Positions 37,621 to 49,515 of a stretch of DNA of 64,000 nucleotides are shown piece after piece; the stretch's first letter is position 1, and every line of letters starts with the position of its first letter. Under the pieces are notes generated by a model, which searched no databases, was not told the DNA's origin, and was given only the letters and a program-made list of their open reading frames with translations. Source of the DNA: Eledone cirrhosa (taxonomy: Eukaryota); assembly GCA_964016885.1 (NCBI GenBank), contig OZ024742.1, forward strand, positions 349,494,001 to 349,558,000. The letters run 5' to 3'. The position numbers and the translations under genes were made by a program.

Positions 37621-40600
37621 CTAGACCTTTAGTTTCCTTTAGTGTAGTTGATTCTGTTGCAAGTATTTAGCCCACCAATTACTAGACCTTTAGTTACCTT
37701 TAGTGGAGTTGATTCTGTTGCAAGTATTTAGCCCACCAATTACTAGACCCTTAGTTACCTTTAGTGGAGTTGATTCTGCTGCAAGTATTTAGCCCACCAA
37801 TTACTAGACCTTTAGTTTCCTTTAGTGTAGTTGATTCTGTTGCAAGTATTTAGCCCACCAATTACTAGACCTTTAGTTACCTTTAGTGGAGTTGATTCTG
37901 TTGCAAGTATTTAGCCCACCAATTACTAGACCTTTAGTTTCCTTTAGTGGAGTTGATTCTGTTGCAAGTATTTAGCCCACCAATTACTAGACCTTTAGTT
38001 TCCTTTAGTGGAGTTGATTCTGTTGCAAGTATTTAGCCCACCAATTACTAGACCTTTAGTTACCTTTAGTGGAGTTGGTTCTGTTGCAAGTATTTAGCCC
38101 ACCAATTACTAGACCTTTAGTTTCCTTTAGTGGAGTTGATTCTGTTGCAAGTATTTAGCCCACCAATTACTAGACCCTTAGTTACCTTTAGTGGAGTTGA
38201 TTCTGCTGCAAGTATTTAGCCCACCAATTACTAGACCTTTAGTTTCCTTTAGTGTAGTTGATTCTGTTGCAAGTATTTAGCCCACCAATTACTAGACCTT
38301 TAGTTACCTTTAGTGGAGTTGATTCTGTTGCAAGTATTTAGCCCACCAATTACTAGACCTTTAGTTTCCTTTAGTGGAGTTGATTCTGTTGCAAGTATTT
38401 AGCCCACCAATTACTAGACCTTTAGTTTCCTTTAGTGGAGTTGATTCTGTTGCAAGTATTTAGCCCACCAATTACTAGACCTTTAGTTACCTTTAGTGGA
38501 GTTGGTTCTGTTGCAAGTATTTAGCCCACCAATTACTAGACCTTTAGTTTCCTTTAGTGGAGTTGATTCTGTTGCAAGTATTTAGCCCACCAATTACTAG
38601 ACCTTTAGTTTCCTTTAGTGGAGTTGATTCTGTTGCAAGTATTTAGCCCACCAATTAATAGACCTTTAGTTTCCTTTAGTGGAGTTGATTCTGCTGCAAG
38701 TATTTAGCCCACCAATTACTAGACCTTTAGTTTCCTTTAGTGGAGTTGATTCTGTTGCAAGTATTTAGCCCACCAATTACTAGACCTTTAGTTACCTTTA
38801 GTGGAGTTGGTTCTGTTGCAAGTATTTAGCCCACCAATTACTAGACCTTTAGTTTCCTTTAGTGGAGTTGATTCTGTTGCAAGTATTTAGCCCACCAATT
38901 ACTAGACCTTTAGTTTCCTTTAGTGGAGTTGATTCTGTTGCAAGTATTTAGCCCACCAATTACTAGACCTTTAGTTTCCTTTAGTGGAGTTGATTCTGCT
39001 GCAAGTATTTAGCCCACCAATTACCAGACCTTTAGTTACCTTTAGTGGAGTTGGTTCTGTTGCAAGTATTTAGCCCACCAATTACCAGACCTTTAGTTAC
39101 CTTTAGTGGAGTTGGTTCTGTTGCAAGTATTTAGCCCACCAATTACTAGACCTTTAGTTTCCTTTAGTGGAGTTGATTCTGTTGCAAGTATTTAGCCCAC
39201 CAATTACTAGACCTTTAGTTACCTTTAGTGGAGTTGATTCTGTTGCAAGTATTTAGCCCACCAATTACTAGACCCTTAGTTACCTTTAGTGGAGTTGATT
39301 CTGCTGCAAGTATTTAGCCCACCAATTACTAGACCTTTAGTTACCTTTAGTGGAGTTGATTCTGTTGCAAGTATTTAGCCCACCAATTACTAGACCCTTA
39401 GTTACCTTTAGTGGAGTTGATTCTGCTGCAAGTATTTAGCCCACCAATTACTAGACCTTTAGTTACCTTTAGTGGAGTTGATTCTGTTGCAAGTATTTAG
39501 CCCACCAATTACTAGACCTTTAGTTACCTTTAGTGTAGTTGATTCTGCTGCAAGTATTTAGCCCACCAATTACCAGACCTTTAGTTACCTTTAGTGGAGT
39601 TGATTCTGTTGCAAGTATTTAGCCCACCAATTACTAGACCTTTAGTTTCCTTTAGTGGAGTTGATTCTGCTGCAAGTATTTAGCCCACCAATTACTAGAC
39701 CTTTAGTTTCCTTTAGTGGAGTTGATTCTGTTGCAAGTATTTAGCCCACCAATTACTAGACCTTTAGTTACCTTTAGTGGAGTTGGTTCTGTTGCAAGTA
39801 TTTAGCCCACCAATTACTAGACCTTTAGTTTCCTTTAGTGGAGTTGATTCTGTTGCAAGTATTTAGCCCACCAATTACCAGACCTTTAGTTACCTTTAGT
39901 GGAGTTGATTCTGTTGCAAGTATTTAGCCCACCAATTACTAGACCTTTAGTTTCCTTTAGTGGAGTTGATTCTGCTGCAAGTATTTAGCCCACCAATTAC
40001 TAGACCTTTAGTTTCCTTTAGTGGAGTTGATTCTGTTGCAAGTATTTAGCCCACCAATTACTAGACCTTTAGTTACCTTTAGTGGAGTTGGTTCTGTTGC
40101 AAGTATTTAGCCCACCAATTACTAGACCTTTAGTTTCCTTTAGTGGAGTTGATTCTGTTGCAAGTATTTAGCCCACCAATTACTAGACCTTTAGTTTCCT
40201 TTAGTGGAGTTGATTCTGCTGCAAGTATTTAGCCCACCAATTACCAGACCTTTAGTTACCTTTAGTGGAGTTGGTTCTGTTGCAAGTATTTAGCCCACCA
40301 ATTACCAGACCTTTAGTTACCTTTAGTGGAGTTGGTTCTGTTGCAAGTATTTAGCCCACCAATTACTAGACCTTTAGTTTCCTTTAGTGGAGTTGATTCT
40401 GCTGCAAGTATTTAGCCCACCAATTACCAGACCTTTAGTTACCTTTAGTGGAGTTGGTTCTGTTGCAAGTATTTAGCCCACCAATTACCAGACCTTTAGT
40501 TACCTTTAGTGGAGTTGGTTCTGTTGCAAGTATTTAGCCCACCAATTACTAGACCTTTAGTTTCCTTTAGTGGAGTTGATTCTGTTGCAAGTATTTAGCC

Positions 40601-43390
40601 CACCAATTACTAGACCTTTAGTTTCCTTTAGTGTAGTTGATTCTGTTGCAAGTATTTAGCCCACCAATTACTAGACCTTTAGTTACCTTTAGTGGAGTTG
40701 ATTCTGTTGCAAGTATTTAGCCCACCAATTACTAGACCCTTAGTTACCTTTAGTGGAGTTGATTCTGCTGCAAGTATTTAGCCCACCAATTACTAGACCT
40801 TTAGTTTCCTTTAGTGTAGTTGATTCTGTTGCAAGTATTTAGCCCACCAATTACTAGACCTTTAGTTACCTTTAGTGGAGTTGATTCTGTTGCAAGTATT
40901 TAGCCCACCAATTACTAGACCTTTAGTTTCCTTTAGTGGAGTTGATTCTGTTGCAAGTATTTAGCCCACCAATTACTAGACCTTTAGTTTCCTTTAGTGG
41001 AGTTGATTCTGTTGCAAGTATTTAGCCCACCAATTACTAGACCTTTAGTTACCTTTAGTGGAGTTGGTTCTGTTGCAAGTATTTAGCCCACCAATTACTA
41101 GACCTTTAGTTTCCTTTAGTGGAGTTGATTCTGTTGCAAGTATTTAGCCCACCAATTACTAGACCCTTAGTTACCTTTAGTGGAGTTGATTCTGCTGCAA
41201 GTATTTAGCCCACCAATTACTAGACCTTTAGTTTCCTTTAGTGTAGTTGATTCTGTTGCAAGTATTTAGCCCACCAATTACTAGACCTTTAGTTACCTTT
41301 ATTGGAGTTGATTCTGTTGCAAGTATTTAGCCCACCAATTACTAGACCTTTAGTTTCCTTTAGTGGAGTTGATTCTGTTGCAAGTATTTAGCCCACCAAT
41401 TACTAGACCTTTAGTTTCCTTTAGTGGAGTTGATTCTGTTGCAAGTATTTAGCCCACCAATTACTAGACCTTTAGTTACCTTTAGTGGAGTTGGTTCTGT
41501 TGCAAGTATTTAGCCCACCAATTACTAGACCTTTAGTTTCCTTTAGTGGAGTTGATTCTGTTGCAAGTATTTAGCCCACCAATTACTAGACCTTTAGTTT
41601 CCTTTAGTGGAGTTGATTCTGTTGCAAGTATTTAGCCCACCAATTAATATACCTTTAGTTTCCTTTAGTGGAGTTGATTCTGCTGCAAGTATTTAGCCCA
41701 CCAATTACTAGACCTTTAGTTTCCTTTAGTGGAGTTGATTCTGTTGCAAGTATTTAGCCCACCAATTACTAGACCTTTAGTTACCTTTAGTGGAGTTGGT
41801 TCTGTTGCAAGTATTTAGCCCACCAATTACTAGACCTTTAGTTTCCTTTAGTGGAGTTGATTCTGTTGCAAGTATTTAGCCCACCAATTACTAGACCTTT
41901 AGTTTCCTTTAGTGGAGTTGATTCTGTTGCAAGTATTTAGCCCACCAATTACTAGACCTTTAGTTTCCTTTAGTGGAGTTGATTCTGCTGCAAGTATTTA
42001 GCCGACCAATTACCAGACCTTTAGTTACCTTTAGTGGAGTTGGTTCTGTTGCAAGTATTTAGCCCACCAATTACCAGACCTTTAGTTACCTTTAGTGGAG
42101 TTGGTTCTGTTGCAAGTATTTAGCCCACCAATTACTAGACCTTTAGTTTCCTTTAGTGGAGTTGATTCTGTTGCAAGTATTTAGCCCACCAATTACTAGA
42201 CCTTTAGTTACCTTTAGTGGAGTTGATTCTGTTGCAAGTATTTAGCCCACCAATTACTAGACCCTTAGTTACCTTTAGTGGAGTTGATTCTGCTGCAAGT
42301 ATTTAGCCCACCAATTACTAGACCTTTAGTTACCTTTAGTGGAGTTGATTCTGTTGCAAGTATTTAGCCCACCAATTACTAGACCCTTAGTTACCTTTAG
42401 TGGAGTTGATTCTGCTGCAAGTATTTAGCCCACCAATTACTAGACCTTTAGTTACCTTTAGTGGAGTTGATTCTGTTGCAAGTATTTAGCCCACCAATTA
42501 CTAGACCTTTAGTTACCTTTAGTGTAGTTGATTCTGCTGCAAGTATTTAGCCCACCAATTACCAGACCTTTAGTTACCTTTAGTGGAGTTGATTCTGTTG
42601 CAAGTATTTAGCCCACCAATTACTAGACCTTTAGTTTCCTTTAGTGGAGTTGATTCTGCTGCAAGTATTTAGCCCACCAATTACTAGACCTTTAGTTTCC
42701 TTTAGTGGAGTTGATTCTGTTGCAAGTATTTAGCCCACCAATTACTAGACCTTTAGTTACCTTTAGTGGAGTTGGTTCTGTTGCAAGTATTTAGCCCACC
42801 AATTACTAGACCTTTAGTTTCCTTTAGTGGAGTTGATTCTGTTGCAAGTATTTAGCCCACCAATTACCAGACCTTTAGTTACCTTTAGTGGAGTTGATTC
42901 TGTTGCAAGTATTTAGCCCACCAATTACTAGACCTTTAGTTTCCTTTAGTGGAGTTGATTCTGCTGCAAGTATTTAGCCCACCAATTACTAGACCTTTAG
43001 TTTCCTTTAGTGGAGTTGATTCTGTTGCAAGTATTTAGCCCACCAATTACTAGACCTTTAGTTACCTTTAGTGGAGTTGGTTCTGTTGCAAGTATTTAGC
43101 CCACCAATTACTAGACCTTTAGTTTCCTTTAGTGGAGTTGATTCTGTTGCAAGTATTTAGCCCACCAATTACTAGACCTTTAGTTTCCTTTAGTGGAGTT
43201 GATTCTGCTGCAAGTATTTAGCCCACCAATTACCAGACCTTTAGTTACCTTTAGTGGAGTTGGTTCTGTTGCAAGTATTTAGCCCACCAATTACCAGACC
43301 TTTAGTTACCTTTAGTGGAGTTGGTTCTGTTGCAAGTATTTAGCCCACCAATTACTAGACCTTTAGTTTCCTTTAGTGGAGTTGATTCTG
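37621..43390. repeat. Tandem duplication of a 49-monomer unit (37621-40609; copy from 40610), with a third partial copy from ~43782
   Basis: AATTAATA variant at 38658/41647 (offset 2989 = 49x61). The order of TTTCC, GGTTC and CCCTT monomers matches at this offset until ~40402/43391. Confidence 0.82.
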
Positions 43391-46300
43391 TTGCAAGTAT
43401 TTAGCCCACCAATTACTAGACCTTTAGTTACCTTTAGTGGAGTTGATTCTGTTGCAAGTATTTAGCCCACCAATTACTAGACCCTTAGTTACCTCTAGTG
43501 GAGTTGATTCTGCTGCAAGTATTTAGCCCACCAATTACTAGACCTTTAGTTACCTTTAGTGGAGTTGATTCTGTTGCAAGTATTTAGCCCACCAATTACT
43601 AGACCCTTAGTTACCTTTAGTGGAGTTGATTCTGCTGCAAGTATTTAGCCCACCAATTACTAGACCTTTAGTTACCTTTAGTGTAGTTGATTCTGTTGCA
43701 AGTATTTAGCCCACCAATTACTAGACCTTTAGTTACCTTTAGTGGAGTTGATTCTGCTGCAAGTATTTAGCCCACCAATTACTAGACCTTTAGTTTCCTT
43801 TAGTGTAGTTGATTCTGTTGCAAGTATTTAGCCCACCAATTACTAGACCTTTAGTTACCTTTAGTGGAGTTGATTCTGTTGCAAGTATTTAGCCCACCAA
43901 TTACTAGACCCTTAGTTACCTTTAGTGGAGTTGATTCTGCTGCAAGTATTTAGCCCACCAATTACTAGACCTTTAGTTTCCTTTAGTGTAGTTGATTCTG
44001 TTGCAAGTATTTAGCCCACCAATTACTAGACCTTTAGTTACCTTTAGTGGAGTTGATTCTGTTGCAAGTATTTAGCCCACCAATTACTAGACCTTTAGTT
44101 TCCTTTAGTGGAGTTGATTCTGTTGCAAGTATTTAGCCCACCAATTACTAGACCTTTAGTTTCCTTTAGTGGAGTTGATTCTGTTGCAAGTATTTAGCCC
44201 ACCAATTACTAGACCTTTAGTTACCTTTAGTGGAGTTGGTTCTGTTGCAAGTATTTAGCCCACCAATTACTAGACCTTTAGTTTCCTTTAGTGGAGTTGA
44301 TTCTGTTGCAAGTATTTAGCCCACCAATTACTAGACCCTTAGTTACCTTTAGTGGAGTTGATTCTGCTGCAAGTATTTAGCCCACCAATTACTAGACCTT
44401 TAGTTTCCTTTAGTGTAGTTGATTCTGTTGCAAGTATTTAGCCCACCAATTACTAGACCTTTAGTTACCTTTAGTGGAGTTGATTCTGTTGCAAGTATTT
44501 AGCCCACCAATTACTAGACCTTTAGTTTCCTTTAGTGGAGTTGATTCTGTTGCAAGTATTTAGCCCACCAATTACTAGACCTTTAGTTACCTTTAGTGGA
44601 GTTGGTTCTGTTGCAAGTATTTAGCCCACCAATTACTAGACCTTTAGTTTCTTTTAGTGGAGTTGATTCTGTTGCAAGTATTTAGCCCACCAATTACTAG
44701 ACCTTTAGTTTCCTTTAGTGGAGTTGATTCTGTTGCAAGTATTTAGCCCACCAATTACTAGACCTTTAGTTTCCTTTAGTGGAGTTGATTCTGCTGCAAG
44801 TATTTAGCCCACCAATTACCAGACCTTTAGTTACCTTTAGTGGAGTTGGTTCTGTTGCAAGTATTTAGCCCACCAATTACCAGACCTTTAGTTACCTTTA
44901 GTGGAGTTGGTTCTGTTGCAAGTATTTAGCCCACCAATTACTAGACCTTTAGTTTCCTTTAGTGGAGTTGATTCTGTTGCAAGTATTTAGCCCACCAATT
45001 ACTAGACCTTTAGTTACCTTTAGTGGAGTTGATTCTGTTGCAAGTATTTAGCCCACCAATTACTAGACCCTTAGTTACCTTTAGTGGAGTTGATTCTGCT
45101 GCAAGTATTTAGCCCACCAATTACTAGACCTTTAGTTACCTTTAGTGGAGTTGATTCTGTTGCAAGTATTTAGCCCACCAATTACTAGACCCTTAGTTAC
45201 CTTTAGTGGAGTTGATTCTGCTGCAAGTATTTAGCCCACCAATTACTAGACCTTTAGTTACCTTTAGTGGAGTTGATTCTGTTGCAAGTATTTAGCCCAC
45301 CAATTACTAGACCTTTAGTTACCTTTAGTGTAGTTGATTCTGCTGCAAGTATTTAGCCCACCAATTACCAGACCTTTAGTTACCTTTAGTGGAGTTGATT
45401 CTGTTGCAAGTATTTAGCCCACCAATTACTAGACCTTTAGTTTCCTTTAGTGGAGTTGATTCTGCTGCAAGTATTTAGCCCACCAATTACTAGACCTTTA
45501 GTTTCCTTTAGTGGAGTTGATTCTGTTGCAAGTATTTAGCCCACCAATTACTAGACCTTTAGTTACCTTTAGTGGAGTTGGTTCTGTTGCAAGTATTTAG
45601 CCCACCAATTACTAGACCTTTAGTTTCCTTTAGTGGAGTTGATTCTGTTGCAAGTATTTAGCCCACCAATTACTAGACCTTTAGTTTCCTTTAGTGGAGT
45701 TGATTCTGTTGCAAGTATTTAGCCCACCAATTACTAGACCTTTAGTTTCCTTTAGTGGAGTTGATTCTGCTGCAAGTATTTAGCCCACCAATTACCAGAC
45801 CTTTAGTTACCTTTAGTGGAGTTGGTTCTGTTGCAAGTATTTAGCCCACCAATTACCAGACCTTTAGTTACCTTTAGTGGAGTTGGTTCTGTTGCAAGTA
45901 TTTAGCCCACCAATTACTAGACCTTTAGTTTCCTTTAGTGGAGTTGATTCTGTTGCAAGTATTTAGCCCACCAATTACTAGACCTTTAGTTACCTTTAGT
46001 GGAGTTGATTCTGTTGCAAGTATTTAGCCCACCAATTACTAGACCCTTAGTTACCTTTAGTGGAGTTGATTCTGCTGCAAGTATTTAGCCCACCAATTAC
46101 TAGACCTTTAGTTACCTTTAGTGGAGTTGATTCTGTTGCAAGTATTTAGCCCACCAATTACTAGACCCTTAGTTACCTTTAGTGGAGTTGATTCTGCTGC
46201 AAGTATTTAGCCCACCAATTACTAGACCTTTAGTTACCTTTAGTGGAGTTGATTCTGTTGCAAGTATTTAGCCCACCAATTACTAGACCTTTAGTTACCT

Positions 46301-47502
46301 TTAGTGTAGTTGATTCTGCTGCAAGTATTTAGCCCACCAATTACCAGACCTTTAGTTACCTTTAGTGGAGTTGATTCTGTTGCAAGTATTTAGCCCACCA
46401 ATTACTATACCTTTAGTTACCTTTAGTGTAGTTGATTCTGCTGCAAGTATTTAGCCCACCAATTACCAGACCTTTAGTTACCTTTAGTGGAGTTGATTCT
46501 GTTGCAATTATTTAGCCCACCAATTACTATACCTTTATTTACCTTTAGTGTAGTTGATTCTGCTGCAAGTATTTAGCCCACCAATTACCAGACCTTTAGT
46601 TACCTTTAGTGGAGTTGATTCTGTTGCAAGTATTTAGCCCACCAATTACTAGACCTTTAGTTACCTTTAGTGTAGTTGATTCTGTTGCAATTATTTAGCC
46701 CACCAATTACTAGACCTTTAGTTACCTTTAGTGTAGTTGATTCTGCTGCAAGTATTTAGCCCACCAATTACCAGACCTTTAGTTACCTTTAGTGTAGTTG
46801 ATTCAGTTGCAAGTATTTAGCCCACCAATTACTATACCTTTAGTTACCTTTAGTGTAGTTGATTCTGCTGCAAGTATTTAGCCCACCAATTACCAGACCT
46901 TTAGTTACCTTTAGTGTAGTTGATTCTGTTGCAAGTATTTAGCCCACCAATTACTAGACCTTTAGTTACCTTTAGTGTAGTTGATTCTGTTGCAAGTATT
47001 TAGCCCACCAATTACTATACCTTTAGTTACCTTTAGTGTAGTTGATTCTGCTGCAAGTATTTAGCCCACCAATTTCCAGACCTTTAGTTACCTTTAGTGG
47101 AGTTGATTCTGTTGCAAGTATTTAGCCCACCAATTACTAGACCTTTAGTTACCTTTAGTGTAGTTGATTCTGTTGCAAGTATTTAGCCCACCAATTACTA
47201 GACCTTTAGTTACCTTTAGTGTAGTTGATTCTGCTGCAAGTATTTAGCCCACCAATTACTAGACCTTTAGTTACCTTTAGTGGAGTTGATTCTGTTGCAA
47301 GTATTTAGCCCACCAATTACTAGACCTTTAGTTACCTTTAGTGGAGTTGATTCTGTTGCAAGTATTTAGCCCACCAATTACTATACCTTTAGTTACCTTT
47401 AGTGTAGTTGATTCTGCTGCAAGTATTTAGCCCACCAATTACCAGACCTTTAGTTACCTTTAGTGTAGTTGATTCTGCTGCAAGTATTTAGCTCACCAAT
47501 TA

Positions 47503-49515
47503 CTAGACCTTTAGTTACCTTTAGTGGAGTTGATTCTGTTGCAAGTCTTTAGCTCACCAATTACTAGACCTTTAGTTACCTTCAGTGTTGTTGATTCTGC
47601 TTCAAGTTTTTAGCCGACCAATTACTAGACCTTTAGTTACCTTTAGTGTAGTTGATTCTGCTGCAAGTATTTAGCTCACCAATTACTAGACCTTTAGTTA
47701 CCTTTAGTGGAGTTGATTCAGTTGCAAGTATTTAGCCCACCAATTACTAGACCCTTAGTTACCTTCAGTGTAGTTGATTCTGCTGCAAGTATTTAGCCCA
47801 CCAATTACTAGACCTTTAGTTACCTTTAGTGTAGTTGATTCTGCTGCAAGTATTTAGCTCACCAATTACCAGACCTTTAGTTACCTTTAATGTAGTTGAT
47901 TCTGTTGCAAGTATTTAGCTCACCAATTACTAGACCTTTAGTTACCTTCAGTGTTGTTGATTCTGCTGCAAGTTTTTAGCCGACCAATTACTAGACCCTT
48001 AGTTACCTTTAGTGTAGTTGATTCTGCTGCAAGTATTTAGCTCACCAATTACTAGACCTTTAGTTACCTTTAGTGTAGTTGATTCTGCTGCAAGTATTTA
48101 GCTCACCAATTACTAGACCTTTAGTTACCTTTAGTGTAGTTGATTCTGTTGCAAGTATTTAGCCCACCAATTACCAGACCTTTAGTTACCTTTAATGTAG
48201 TTGATTCTGTTGCAAGTATTTAGCCGACCAATTACTAGACCTTTAGTTACCTTTAGTGGAGTTGATTCTGTTGCAAGTATTTAGCCCACCAATTACTAGA
48301 CCTTTAGTTACCTTTAGTGTAGTTGATTCTGCTGCAAGTATTTAGCCCACCAATTACTAGACCTTTAGTTACTTTTAGTGTAGTTGATTCTGTTGCAAGT
48401 ATTTAGCCCACCAATTACTAGACCCTTAGTTACCTTCAGTGGAGTTGATTCTGCTGCAAATATTTAGCCTACCAATTACTAGACCTTTAGTTACCTTCAG
48501 TGGAGTTGATTCTGTTGCAAGTATTTAGCCCACCAATTACTAGACCCTTAGTTACCTTCAGTGGAGTTGATTCTGTTGCAAGTATTTAGCCCACCAATTA
48601 CTAGACCCTTAGTTACCTTCAGTGGAGTTGATTCTGCTGCAAGTATTTAGCCCACCAATTACTAGACCCTTAGTTACCTTCAGTGGAGTTGATTCTGCTG
48701 CAAGTATTTAGCCCACCAATTACTAGACCCTTAGTTACCTTCAGTGGAGTTGATTCTGCTGCAAATATTTAGCCTACCAATTACTAGACCTTTAGTTACC
48801 TTCAGTGGAGTTGATTCTGCTGCAAGTATTTAGCCCACCAATTACTAGACCCTTAGTTACCTTCAGTGGAGTTGATTCTGTTGCAAGTATTTAGCCCACC
48901 AATTACTAGACCCTTTGTTACCTTCAGTGGAGTTGATTCTGTTGCAAGTATTTAGCCCACCAATTACTAGACTTTTAGTTACCTTTAGTGTAGTTGATTC
49001 TGTTGCAAGTATTTAGCCAACCAATTAGTAGACCTTTAGTTACCTTTAGTGTAGTTGATTCTGTTGCAAGTATTTAGCCAACCAATTACTAGACCTTTAG
49101 TTACCTTTAGTGTAGTTGATTCTGTTGCAAGTTTTTAGCCCACCAATTACCAGACCTTTAGTTACCTTTAATGTAGTTGATTCTGCTGCAAGTATTTAGG
49201 CCACCAATTACCAAACCTTTAGTTACCTTTAGTGGAGTTGATTCTGCTGCAAGTATTTAGCCCACCAATTACCAGACCTTTAGTTACCTTTAGTGTAGTT
49301 GATTCTGTTGCAAGTATTTAGCCCACCAATTACTAGACCTTTAGTTACCTTTAGTGTAGTTGATTCTGCTGCAAGTATTTAGCCCACCAATTACTAGACC
49401 TTTAGTTACCTTTAGTGTAGTTGATTCTGCTGCAAGTATTTAGCCCACCAATTACTAGACCTTTAGTTACCTTTAGTGTAGTTGATTCTGCTGCAAGTAT
49501 TTAGCCCACCAATTA
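47503..49515. repeat. Single distant copy of the domain-B ~33-monomer unit
   Basis: Same marker order as 9576-11588: CTTCAGTGTTG..GCTTCAAGTTTT..GCCGACC, GATTCAG, GCAAATA..GCCTACC, GCCAACC x2, GGCCACC..ACCAAACC. Offset 37927. This copy lacks CAACTAC, GACGTTT and TTTACTCC. Confidence 0.9.
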
